Shown here: in pieces, positions 10,140 through 16,901 of the stretch | Numbering within the stretch: the first letter of the stretch is position 1 | How the letters are laid out: each line of letters starts with the position of its first letter | Virus record (IMG/VR): IMGVR_UViG_3300010353_000347 | Coordinates: 52,295 to 116,294 of that record | Direction: 5' to 3' (one strand) | DNA length: 64,000 nucleotides | From: a virus | Position numbers and translations under genes: made by a program | Notes under the pieces: generated by a model | Seen by the model: the letters and a program-made list of their open reading frames with translations, nothing else | What the model was told of the DNA's origin: nothing | The model's database searches: none

Positions 10140-10217
10140 TGGTGTTCCCTAGAGGACTCAAACCTCTACATCCGCCTCCGAAGGCGGCGGTACCCTATTC
10201 TGTTAGGTGAAGGGAAC
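10140..10217 (-). tRNA. Atypical tRNA-Arg(TCG)-like with enlarged anticodon arm
   Basis: Acceptor GTTCCCT/AGGGAAC, A73, CCA; CCGCC/GGCGG stem encloses GCCTTCGGA (9 nt); T-loop TTTGAGT. Confidence 0.6.
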
Positions 10218-10218
10218 A

Positions 10219-10293
10219 TGGAGCGGATGACCGGACTCGAACCGGCACCTCAAGGCTTGGAAGGCCCGTATGCGACCATAACACCCCATCCGC
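10219..10293 (-). tRNA. trnG: tRNA-Gly(TCC)
   Basis: Cloverleaf folded by hand, loop CTTCCAA, encoded CCA. Confidence 0.9.
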
Positions 10294-10296
10294 GTA

Positions 10297-10371
10297 TGGA
10301 GCCGAGTAGTGGAGTTAAACCACTCTGATACCGCTTTGCAGGCGGTTCCCTCATCGCTCAGGCAACTCGGC
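10297..10371 (-). tRNA. trnC: tRNA-Cys(GCA)
   Basis: Loop CTGCAAA, U73, CCA; T-loop TTTAACT. Confidence 0.9.
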
Positions 10372-10373
10372 AA

Positions 10374-10449
10374 TGGTGATCCCACTAGGACTTGAACCTA
10401 GACCTCCGGTTTCGTAGACCGGGGCTCTTTCCCGTTAAGCTATGGGATC
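10374..10449 (-). tRNA. trnR: tRNA-Arg(ACG)
   Basis: Loop CTACGAA, CCA. Confidence 0.92.
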
Positions 10450-10450
10450 G

Positions 10451-10526
10451 TGGTGTACCTGGGAGGATTTGAACCCCCACAGCCGGGGTAGAAGCCCGGT
10501 GCCCTCTCCGGTTAGGCGACAGGTAC
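10451..10526 (-). tRNA. trnR: tRNA-Arg(TCT)
   Basis: Loop CTTCTAC, CCA. Confidence 0.92.
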
Positions 10527-10527
10527 G

Positions 10528-10603
10528 TGGTGTCCCCACGAGGACTTGAACCTCGACCCTCGGTTTAGGAAACCGAAGCTCTATCCCGTTAAGCTATGAG
10601 GAC
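10528..10603 (-). tRNA. trnR: tRNA-Arg(CCT)
   Basis: Loop TTCCTAA, CCA. Confidence 0.92.
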
Positions 10604-10678
10604 AAACCCCCTCGCTGCCTCTCGTGGTGTCCGGTTCACTCGCTTTGGATCGGTTCGGCAGCGAGGGGTACTTTAGAG

Positions 10679-10755
10679 TGGTGGGGATGGAAGGAATCGA
10701 ACCTTCAACCTCAGCCTTATCAGAGCCGCACTCTAACCAATTGAGCTACATCCCC
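10679..10755 (-). tRNA. trnI: tRNA-Ile(GAT)
   Basis: Loop CTGATAA, CCA. Confidence 0.93.
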
Positions 10756-10831
10756 TGGTGGTCAGGGAGGGACTTGAACCCCCGACGCGGGGCTCTTCAG
10801 GCCCCCGCTCTACCGACTGAGCTACCCGACC
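10756..10831 (-). tRNA. trnF: tRNA-Phe(GAA)
   Basis: Loop CTGAAGA, CCA. Confidence 0.93.
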
Positions 10832-10837
10832 TCTAAC

Positions 10838-10860
10838 TGGCGGTAGGTAAAGGAATCGAA
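10838..10860 (-). pseudogene. 3-prime fragment of a tRNA (Ser/Asn-like, G73), truncated at the T-loop
   Basis: Minus strand TTCGATTCCTTTACCTACCGCCA resembles 3-prime ends of Ser(GGA), Ser(CGA) and Asn in this array; no matching 5-prime part upstream. Confidence 0.65.
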
Positions 10861-10917
10861 AACTGCCTTTTACCGCTACACCCACGAAATCTGTTCCTGT
10901 ATCTGGCAGGAGGCGCC

Positions 10918-11661
10918 ATGAAACCGCTTTACACGAAAGAACAGTTTGAGTCTGCTAAGAGCCGAGACTTACTCCCCCTAGAATGTTACTATTGCGGGAA
11001 CCCATTTCTCAGGGGGAAGAACGACTTACTGACGATGGAGCGTGCCAAAGGTTTTTGTGGAACGTGGGCTCGGGCTGGTAAGTATTGCAGCCAGTCTTGT
11101 AACTCTAAGGCTAGCCACCTCCTCCGTGGTAACCGCCTTAAGGTTAGTACCGTGTGTAGTCTCTGCGGAGAAAAATTAGAGCGGTGCTGGTCACAGTACG
11201 CCCGGTCGAAGAATCACTTTTGTTCTCGCTCCTGCTCTGTAACCTACCGGAACACTCACAAGACGGTGGGAGTCCGAAGATCCAAGCTGGAAGTTTGGTT
11301 AGAGGAGCAACTGACTCTTCTTTACCCTGACCTGGAAATCCACTTCAACAGGAAAGACGCTATCAACTCTGAGCTTGACATTTACTTTCCGACTTTAAAA
11401 CTCGCTTTTGAGTTGAATGGCCCTCTTCATTTTGAGGCTGTTTATGGTCCCGAAAAGTTAGCACAGATTCAGAACAATGACGACAGGAAGTTCCAAGCCT
11501 GTGCTGAGAGAGGCATCTCCCTTTGCCTGATTGACGTTTCCGCAATGAAGCATTTCAAACCCGCTCGTGGAGAGTGGGTACTGTCTGAAATCAAAAGCAA
11601 GGTGGAGGTTTGGTGCCGAAGGCCGGACTCGAACCGGCACGCCAGAGGCACAAGTTCCTAA
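10918..11661 (+). CDS. Free-standing homing endonuclease-like protein (Zn-finger repeats + Vsr/DUF559-like PD-(D/E)xK domain)
   Basis: CYYCG, YCSQSC, CSLCG, FCSRSC; ELDIYFPTLKLAFELNGPLH; AGGAGG SD; antisense to tRNAs, AT-richer than flanks, 3-prime end overlaps tRNA-Leu. Confidence 0.75.
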   Translation: MKPLYTKEQFESAKSRDLLPLECYYCGNPFLRGKNDLLTMERAKGFCGTWARAGKYCSQSCNSKASHLLRGNRLKVSTVCSLCGEKLERCWSQYARSKNHFCSRSCSVTYRNTHKTVGVRRSKLEVWLEEQLTLLYPDLEIHFNRKDAINSELDIYFPTLKLAFELNGPLHFEAVYGPEKLAQIQNNDDRKFQACAERGISLCLIDVSAMKHFKPARGEWVLSEIKSKVEVWCRRPDSNRHARGTSS

Positions 11662-11693
11662 GACTTGCGTGTCTGCCATTTCACCACTTCGGC
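11611..11693 (-). tRNA. trnL: tRNA-Leu(TAG)
   Basis: Loop CTTAGGA, long variable arm, CCA. Confidence 0.92.
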
Positions 11694-11707
11694 ATTTCGG
11701 ATTCGTT

Positions 11708-11786
11708 TGGTCGGGCGGGAGGGAGTCGAACCCTACAGCAGACAGCCGCTTATAAGACGGCCCGAGTCAACCGGACTTGCCACCCA
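11708..11786 (-). tRNA. trnI: Atypical tRNA-Ile(TAT)
   Basis: GCCGT-CTTATAA-GCGGC anticodon arm, TTCGACT T-loop, CCA; 5-nt D-loop, U1.G72. Confidence 0.7.
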
Positions 11787-11887
11787 AAACCTGTGCGTTC
11801 CCTTTATTCTTCGTCCGGTGAGTATGGACCCCTGACCTCCCCCAAGTACGGTTCACAGAATCAGGCGTGTGCTTACCGGGGCATCGT

Positions 11888-11977
11888 TGGCGGATAGATA
11901 GGGAATCGAACCCTAAAGGGCTTTTACACCTCGCTCGGCTTCCAACCGAGTGCCGTCACCTATCGGCTTGCCTATCC
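11888..11977 (-). tRNA. trnS: tRNA-Ser(GGA)
   Basis: Loop TTGGAAG, long variable arm, G73, CCA. Confidence 0.92.
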
Positions 11978-11980
11978 TTT

Positions 11981-12069
11981 TGGTGGGGTGCCCTGGAGTT
12001 GAACCAGGGGGGTGGTTTTGCCACGACGGGGTTACAGCCCGCTCCCGCCCCCTACGAGTCTAACACCCC
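11981..12069 (-). tRNA. trnY: tRNA-Tyr(GTA)
   Basis: Loop CTGTAAC, long variable arm, CCA. Confidence 0.9.
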
Positions 12070-12159
12070 TAAGTGACCGGCATAGGGTGGGGAAGCCGGT
12101 CTTTCCTACATCATCCCACCATTAGCCCCACGGTTAAGGTGAGGGGGCGGCACCTACTC

Positions 12160-12345
12160 CTCAGTTCTCTAGTCAGCCCACAGTACGCTCTTCAAACCGC
12201 ATCACGGGTCTCACCCCGCCGGTTTCAGGGATTTCCGGTACTGTGGTAGGTGTGAGACGGAACCTCACAGTTTTAGCTAGGGGGCCTGTTGCAACAGGCG
12301 TTCCCATGAGTACCCACCGGCTGTGGGCTGACTGGAAAACTGAGA
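12160..12345. ncRNA. Candidate ~185-nt structured RNA
   Basis: 24-bp closing inverted repeat (2 mismatches) enclosing several hairpins; between tRNA-Pro and tRNA-Tyr. Confidence 0.5.
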
Positions 12346-12346
12346 A

Positions 12347-12424
12347 TGGTCGGGGCAGAGGGATTTGAACCCCCGGCCTCACGCTCCCAAAGCGTGCGCT
12401 CTAGCCAAGCTGAGCTATGCCCCG
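12347..12424 (-). tRNA. trnP: tRNA-Pro(TGG)
   Basis: Loop TTTGGGA, C1-G72, CCA. Confidence 0.93.
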
Positions 12425-12932
12425 AAACTGCGGGAACTCCGGCAGCGGCCTTGCACCGCTGTAGTGGCCTTAACCTGTAGAGGTAGGACTACTCGCGTCT
12501 AATCCAAGCCCGAAGTTATCCCCCGAATCCCCCTACCTGTTAGAGTGCGGGTGTCTCGTGTCTGCCCAAGCCCGAAGCGCACCCTACGAGCCGAAGCTCG
12601 CCTCCCTCAGTCCTTAGTTACGGTCTCCCAAACCGGGTTCCCTAGCCGGGGCTTAGTGGGGCTAACCGGCGCACCATGTCGGGATTCAACGGGTTTATTG
12701 GGTATTCACCCGTTCCTTATTCACCCCACCTACGTCCGTATCGTCTTTAGAGTCGCACGGAGGAACGCGACATTCCTACTGTACCCACTCGTCGGGCTGG
12801 TCGGTACTCCCGGTACACCCGTCCAACCTCTGCTCCACACCCTTCTGCCTGGAGCGTGACAGGCCCGTATAAAACCCCCTACGGAGCCGAGGGTCAACCT
12901 CTGTTAGCTAGTTGTCAAAGACCGTTTCAACA
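12425..12932 (-). ncRNA. Candidate ~500-nt multi-helix non-coding RNA
   Basis: No credible ORF; many hairpins incl. CGAGC-TTCG-GCTCG; own sigma70-type promoter immediately upstream, tRNA-Pro immediately downstream. Confidence 0.6.
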
Positions 12933-12938
12933 GTAGGG

Positions 12939-12967
12939 AGTGTAGCAAGTAACTTTTCCTTTGTCAA
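12939..12967 (-). promoter_or_regulatory. sigma70-type promoter
   Basis: TTGACA-N17-TACACT. Confidence 0.75.
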
Positions 12968-12971
12968 CCCC

Positions 12972-13169
12972 CTACTCGGTACGAGTGATCGTGAAAATCG
13001 GAGATGCCCCACCCCCGAAAACCTCCGACTCCCCAACTCGGAGAGAGGAAACGGCGTCGAGAAGATCGTCGTCTCCCTCGTTGTCACGGGCGAACTCCTC
13101 CCATGTCGTCTCCCAGGTTTCTGACAGGAGGTCGGCACCTTCCATGCGGATGCTGTATTTCGTGTTCAT
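12972..13169 (-). CDS. Hypothetical protein
   Basis: 65 aa acidic ORF with AGGAG SD, last gene of promoter cassette. Confidence 0.65.
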   Translation of the reverse strand: MNTKYSIRMEGADLLSETWETTWEEFARDNEGDDDLLDAVSSLRVGESEVFGGGASPIFTITRTE

Positions 13170-13178
13170 TTCCTTCTC

Positions 13179-13607
13179 CTATGCGAAGTCGTAGTACCCG
13201 TCGAGGTACAGTCCACCCTCCCAGGTTGGGTAGTCACGAACCTTGTCAAGCCAATACGCGAACCCATCCCGGTGGTACCTGTCCTCCTCCATCGTAGCGG
13301 GGCGTCGAAGCATATCCAGCAGCCCAAGGTAGTCCTGGTAGGACGGGAGAGGGAACCTTCCGGGGGTGTCCGCAGACCCCGCTCGCCGGGTGGTTTCCGT
13401 AGCCTTGTGGCGAAGCCTGTCAGCACAGGCCGCACCATGCCAGAACGCTGCCAGAGTCGTGGGAAGTCCGACTTTCCCGTCCTCCCTCACCGTAGCGAAC
13501 TCACCACAGACGTTGGCGAAGTCTTTCCAGAACCCGAGAACGTCGGGAGTGGGCCGGGTCAGGTCAATGGAAATCGTAGCGTCGGACAGGGGAATCGTGG
13601 TGTTCAT
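13179..13607 (-). CDS. Hypothetical protein
   Basis: 142 aa, AGGAGG SD, overlaps upstream stop. Confidence 0.7.
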   Translation of the reverse strand: MNTTIPLSDATISIDLTRPTPDVLGFWKDFANVCGEFATVREDGKVGLPTTLAAFWHGAACADRLRHKATETTRRAGSADTPGRFPLPSYQDYLGLLDMLRRPATMEEDRYHRDGFAYWLDKVRDYPTWEGGLYLDGYYDFA

Positions 13608-14083
13608 GCAGCCTCCTGACAGTGGAAAGCGGAGCGGGTTCCGATCCGGTACTGACGGCCCGCTTCGTTCACGACCAGCAGCGAGCGGCGAATTCTTCCG
13701 ACCACGGTGTAGGGCTTCCCGTAGACCAGAACCTTGCTGCCCACACGGATGTCCTTCTTGCCCTCGTTACGAGCGTGGTGTGCCCGAACCTTGGCTCGCC
13801 ACTCGGGGTTCGTCTCCGGGGCCATGTCGAGGAAGGACAGGGGGCAAGTGAAGTAGTACGGCCCCGAGCTTTCCGGCATCCCCATGTAGCCCGTCATCCC
13901 ACGGCGGGTGGCGATCCTGTAGAGGACGATCATGTTCTGACCGCTGGGGGTCTCGACCACGATCCAGAGGTCGCTGCCCACCAGCTTGTGAGTGATCGGC
14001 TTGTACCCTGCCACGAACCGAGCGGGGTCCAGAAGATTCCGCACCGTCTCCGCCTTGCTCTCGTATCCGAAGTCCCATCCCAT
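13604..14083 (-). CDS. Conserved mobile-element hypothetical protein (DUF6927-like)
   Basis: MGW...GYMGMPESSGPYYFTCPLSFLDMAPETNPEWRAKVR pattern; first gene after promoter cassette. Confidence 0.65.
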   Translation of the reverse strand: MGWDFGYESKAETVRNLLDPARFVAGYKPITHKLVGSDLWIVVETPSGQNMIVLYRIATRRGMTGYMGMPESSGPYYFTCPLSFLDMAPETNPEWRAKVRAHHARNEGKKDIRVGSKVLVYGKPYTVVGRIRRSLLVVNEAGRQYRIGTRSAFHCQEAA

Positions 14084-14140
14084 TGTCCGTCCCTCCCTTC
14101 GATTGCAAATGTAGCATAACCGTTAGGTGGTGTCAACAGG
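14084..14140 (-). promoter_or_regulatory. Early-type promoter-RBS cassette copy 1
   Basis: TTGACA-N17(...GGTTATGC)-TACATT then GAAGGGAGGG. Confidence 0.8.
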
Positions 14141-14144
14141 AAAA

Positions 14145-14232
14145 TGGCGGATAGGGAGGGAATCGAACCCCCAAGGCCGTTAAGCTCCTCCGCTTTCGAG
14201 GCGGGCTTCGTCGCCAGTCGATTTGCCTATCC
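14145..14232 (-). tRNA. trnS: tRNA-Ser(CGA)
   Basis: Loop CTCGAAA, long variable arm, G73, CCA. Confidence 0.9.
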
Positions 14233-14241
14233 GTAGAGGCT

Positions 14242-14583
14242 TCAGTCCTCAGCGGTGGGCAGACCACGGTTGACTCTCTCCGCCAAGTCGTAGATTTCCC
14301 TGCCCGCCTGTTGGAGGGTGTCTGCGATGTCGAGGAGAACGTCTGCCGTGTTCTTCATGTCGAGAACGCTCCTACCGTCGGGCTCGTGGTAGTAGTCCCC
14401 CAAGTAGATTCGGTCACCCGCGATGATAAGCTGCACGGTTACGTCGATGGACTTGACCTTTCCATCGGGGTAGTCCACCTCTGTCACTTTGGCGAACACG
14501 CTATCCAGGTCGCCCCCCTGCCCGTCAACGGGACGGAGGAACCTTCGTTGAATCAGGTGGTCAATCTTCCTCTCTTCGCCCAT
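14242..14583 (-). CDS. Hypothetical protein between tRNAs
   Basis: 113 aa with AGGAGAGG SD. Confidence 0.65.
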   Translation of the reverse strand: MGEERKIDHLIQRRFLRPVDGQGGDLDSVFAKVTEVDYPDGKVKSIDVTVQLIIAGDRIYLGDYYHEPDGRSVLDMKNTADVLLDIADTLQQAGREIYDLAERVNRGLPTAED

Positions 14584-14603
14584 TGCCCTCTCCTGAGTTG
14601 GGT

Positions 14604-14681
14604 TGGTTGGGGTGGGAGGGCTCGAACCTCCACATGCTAGGGTCAGAGCCTAGTGCCTTTGTCCGATTTGGCGACACCCCA
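14604..14681 (-). tRNA. trnQ: tRNA-Gln(CTG)
   Basis: Loop CTCTGAC, U1-A72, CCA. Confidence 0.9.
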
Positions 14682-14703
14682 ATACGTTCGTTGCTTCTCG
14701 GAT

Positions 14704-14993
14704 GTTTCTAAGTGTGCCCGTCCACCAGCATTGTCCCCGACGGGATGGCGGCACCCGTTCGGGGGGAAGGTTTAGGCTCGCAAATGGCAGTCTGGTTCCT
14801 CCCCCGTGTACGACCCGCCAACGTAGGCCACCCGTGCCACCAGACAAACGAGTGCGCGAATTGGTTTGGTACACGCGACAGGGCCGCGTTCTGTTGCCTT
14901 GCGATTGGACGGAACCCTGGTAGCTAGTCAGGAGTTACACCGCTACGGCAGAAAGAGCGCCGTAACCTTGCCCGGACGGGCACGCTTAGAAAC
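14704..14993. ncRNA. Candidate ~290-nt structured RNA
   Basis: 20-bp closing inverted repeat with 1 mismatch; internal hairpins; no credible ORF. Confidence 0.55.
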
Positions 14994-15062
14994 ACAGAGC
15001 TTTGGAAGTAACCCCCCGGTTTGAGGTGCTTGGGAGCATAGCCTTGGGGGGTTTTGTCTGAT

Positions 15063-15135
15063 TGGTTGCGGGTAGGGGAGTTGAACCCCTCCGCAAAGGC
15101 TTATGAGACCTTGCTGGCCACCGGGCCTACCCGCG
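15063..15135 (-). tRNA. trnM: tRNA-Met(CAT), initiator-like
   Basis: Loop CTCATAA, C1.A72 mismatch, short D-loop, CCA. Confidence 0.85.
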
Positions 15136-15138
15136 TCA

Positions 15139-15215
15139 TGGTACCCCTACGGGGTGCTGCCCCCCGTTCTGCGGTTAGAGAGACCGCGATCCTAGCTAGC
15201 GTAGACGATAGGGGC
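15139..15215 (-). tRNA. trnE: tRNA-Glu(CTC)
   Basis: Loop CTCTCTA, atypical T-loop GGCAGCA, CCA. Confidence 0.8.
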
Positions 15216-15216
15216 T

Positions 15217-15292
15217 TGGTAGCGCAGACAGGACTTGAACCTGCTAGGTCTAGCTTGAAAGGCTAGGTACGCGACCCTTTGTATTCTGCGCC
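15217..15292 (-). tRNA. trnE: tRNA-Glu(TTC)
   Basis: Loop CTTTCAA, CCA. Confidence 0.88.
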
Positions 15293-15293
15293 G

Positions 15294-15367
15294 TGGTGGA
15301 CAAGGGGGGAATCGAACCCCCACCCGTACCTTGCAAGGGTACTGTTCTCCCTTTAAACTACTCGCCC
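15294..15367 (-). tRNA. trnA: tRNA-Ala(TGC)
   Basis: Loop CTTGCAA, CCA. Confidence 0.88.
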
Positions 15368-15369
15368 GT

Positions 15370-15440
15370 TGGCGGGCCTCCAAGGACTCGAACCTTGCGG
15401 TCAGGGTTTTGGAGACCCCGACGCTCCCTGAGCGAGACCC
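15370..15440 (-). tRNA. trnW: tRNA-Trp(CCA)
   Basis: Loop CTCCAAA, shortened D-arm, G73, CCA. Confidence 0.85.
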
Positions 15441-15446
15441 AAAGAT

Positions 15447-15521
15447 TGGCGGATAGGGGAGGATTCAAACCTCCGACAGTCCGGTTAACAGCCGGATGCT
15501 CTATCCCTGAGCTACCTACCC
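15447..15521 (-). tRNA. trnN: tRNA-Asn(GTT)
   Basis: Loop CTGTTAA, G73, CCA. Confidence 0.92.
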
Positions 15522-15530
15522 GAAGATTGA

Positions 15531-15607
15531 TGGTGCCCGCGAGTGGATTCGAACCACCACTTTTCTCGTTTTGAGGGAGATACCTCTGCCATTTGGGCTA
15601 CGCGGGC
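15531..15607 (-). tRNA. trnL: tRNA-Leu(CAA) with short variable loop
   Basis: Loop CTCAAAA, Leu-type D-arm, 5-nt variable region, CCA. Confidence 0.85.
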
Positions 15608-15800
15608 ATTCGTTTCCTTTGGTTAAATCTTCCTGCACAGGAGCGGCCACAGAACGGTCCAGCCTTACCCATGTTCACTTGATTATGCTTGACATGACTA
15701 CACAACTTTGATACTACCACCCCACACTCCGGGCAGGTCCGTCTATGTCAATGCAGAACAGGTAACCTTGTCTTGATTCGTAGGGTCCGTATCGTTTCAT
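15600..15800 (-). pseudogene. Internally deleted HNH homing endonuclease remnant
   Basis: MKRYGPYESRQGYLFCIDIDG joined out of frame to TCPECG...GKAGPFCGRSCAGRFN; these resemble N- and C-terminal ends of phage HNH proteins, no HNH core present. Confidence 0.55.
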
Positions 15801-16193
15801 GTCTACCACTTCCAGCCATGCGGGCGGAGGAAAAATGAGGTAGGGGGCGGATCAACCCGCTGCTCTCTCCCTTACGAGGAGGAGTGAGCGGTATGGCTAG
15901 TACCTCTCTGGAGGATTGTAGGGGGGCCAACCCCATTTTACCTCCCAGCTTCCCGAGCCTCACTTGGCGGTGGGAGTTCCCGCCTTGGCCAGAAACCGCC
16001 GGTCTCCACTTTGCCGACAGTCCAGTACGGGGTTTCGCGCAGATGCCCTACTTTGGCGACTGGCCGCTCTATTTTTTTCTCCCCTCTCTGATTGCCCCGC
16101 TTTCCGGGAGGGTGAGAGTCCTGACCGCTAGCTGTCAGGGCCGGTTATACATCGTACCAGGAACACGCGCATCGCTGCCTCCTGTCTTGTAGA

Positions 16194-16269
16194 TGGTGGG
16201 ATGCCAGGGATTTGAACCCTGATTGCTCAGCTTAAGAGGCTGGGGTCTTTGCCGTTAGACGAACATCCC
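16194..16269 (-). tRNA. trnK: tRNA-Lys(CTT)
   Basis: Loop CTCTTAA, CCA. Confidence 0.9.
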
Positions 16270-16275
16270 TCAGAT

Positions 16276-16352
16276 TGGAGCCCCCAGCCGGAATCGAACC
16301 AGCAACCTTGTCCTTACGAGGGACTTGCTCTTCCAAATTGAGCTATGGGGGC
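16276..16352 (-). tRNA. trnT: tRNA-Thr(CGT)
   Basis: Loop CTCGTAA, CCA. Confidence 0.92.
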
Positions 16353-16354
16353 AT

Positions 16355-16429
16355 TGGGGCGACCCGAGGGGGATGATCCCTCGCCTCTTCCTTCACAAAG
16401 AAGAATGCTACCGTTACACCAGGGACGCC
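16355..16429 (-). tRNA. trnH: tRNA-His(GTG)
   Basis: Loop TTGTGAA, G-1:C73, atypical T-loop ATCATCC, CCA. Confidence 0.8.
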
Positions 16430-16444
16430 GAAAAATCTTTCTTG

Positions 16445-16520
16445 TGGTGGGGAGAGAGGGACTTGAACCCCCGACCCGTTGCTTGTAAGGCAACCGCTCT
16501 CACCGCTGAGCTACCTCCCC
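16445..16520 (-). tRNA. trnV: tRNA-Val(TAC)
   Basis: Loop CTTACAA, CCA. Confidence 0.93.
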
Positions 16521-16534
16521 TTTCGTTGAAAATC

Positions 16535-16739
16535 TTGACCTCTTTTCCCAACACAGAGTTGCGAGATTCGCGCCCGCATTCAGGCCCAGCCGTCGCTGAG
16601 GGTGTGCGGATCTTCGGATTTAGTTCGCTTGCGGTCAGCGTAGCTGTTGGTTCCCCCGTCGGGGACAGCTACCTGGATCGGCAGCGCATCTCTTTCTCGC
16701 TCTCCATGTACGGCCCTCTGTGCTGGGAAAAGAAGTCAA
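16535..16739 (-). ncRNA. Candidate ~205-nt structured RNA
   Basis: ~24-bp closing inverted repeat, inner GCGAGA/TCTCGC helix, GTAGCTGT/ACAGCTAC hairpin; between tRNA-Asp and tRNA-Val. Confidence 0.5.
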
Positions 16740-16741
16740 AA

Positions 16742-16818
16742 TGGCGGGGCAGACGGGACTCGAACCCGCTTTCTCCTGATAGACAGTCAGGCGTCTCGGC
16801 CTCTTCGACTTCAACCCC
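16742..16818 (-). tRNA. trnD: tRNA-Asp(GTC)
   Basis: Loop CTGTCTA, G73, CCA. Confidence 0.88.
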
Positions 16819-16872
16819 GCGAGAAACTTTCCACTTCCGAGTTGTCAAGGAACCCTTCCTGCGACGATGGGA

Positions 16873-16901
16873 ACTCTAACACGGCATTACTGCTATGTCA
16901 A
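16873..16901 (-). promoter_or_regulatory. sigma70-type promoter at head of tRNA array
   Basis: TTGACA-N17-TAGAGT ~55 nt upstream of tRNA-Asp. Confidence 0.7.

Noticed and set aside
12425-16190. RNase P, tmRNA, SRP or group I intron assignment for the spacers
   Set aside because: Core motifs (GAGGAAAGUCC/P4, tRNA-Ala-like CCA end, SRP GGAA loop, convincing P7 pair) not found by eye; left unassigned pending covariance search
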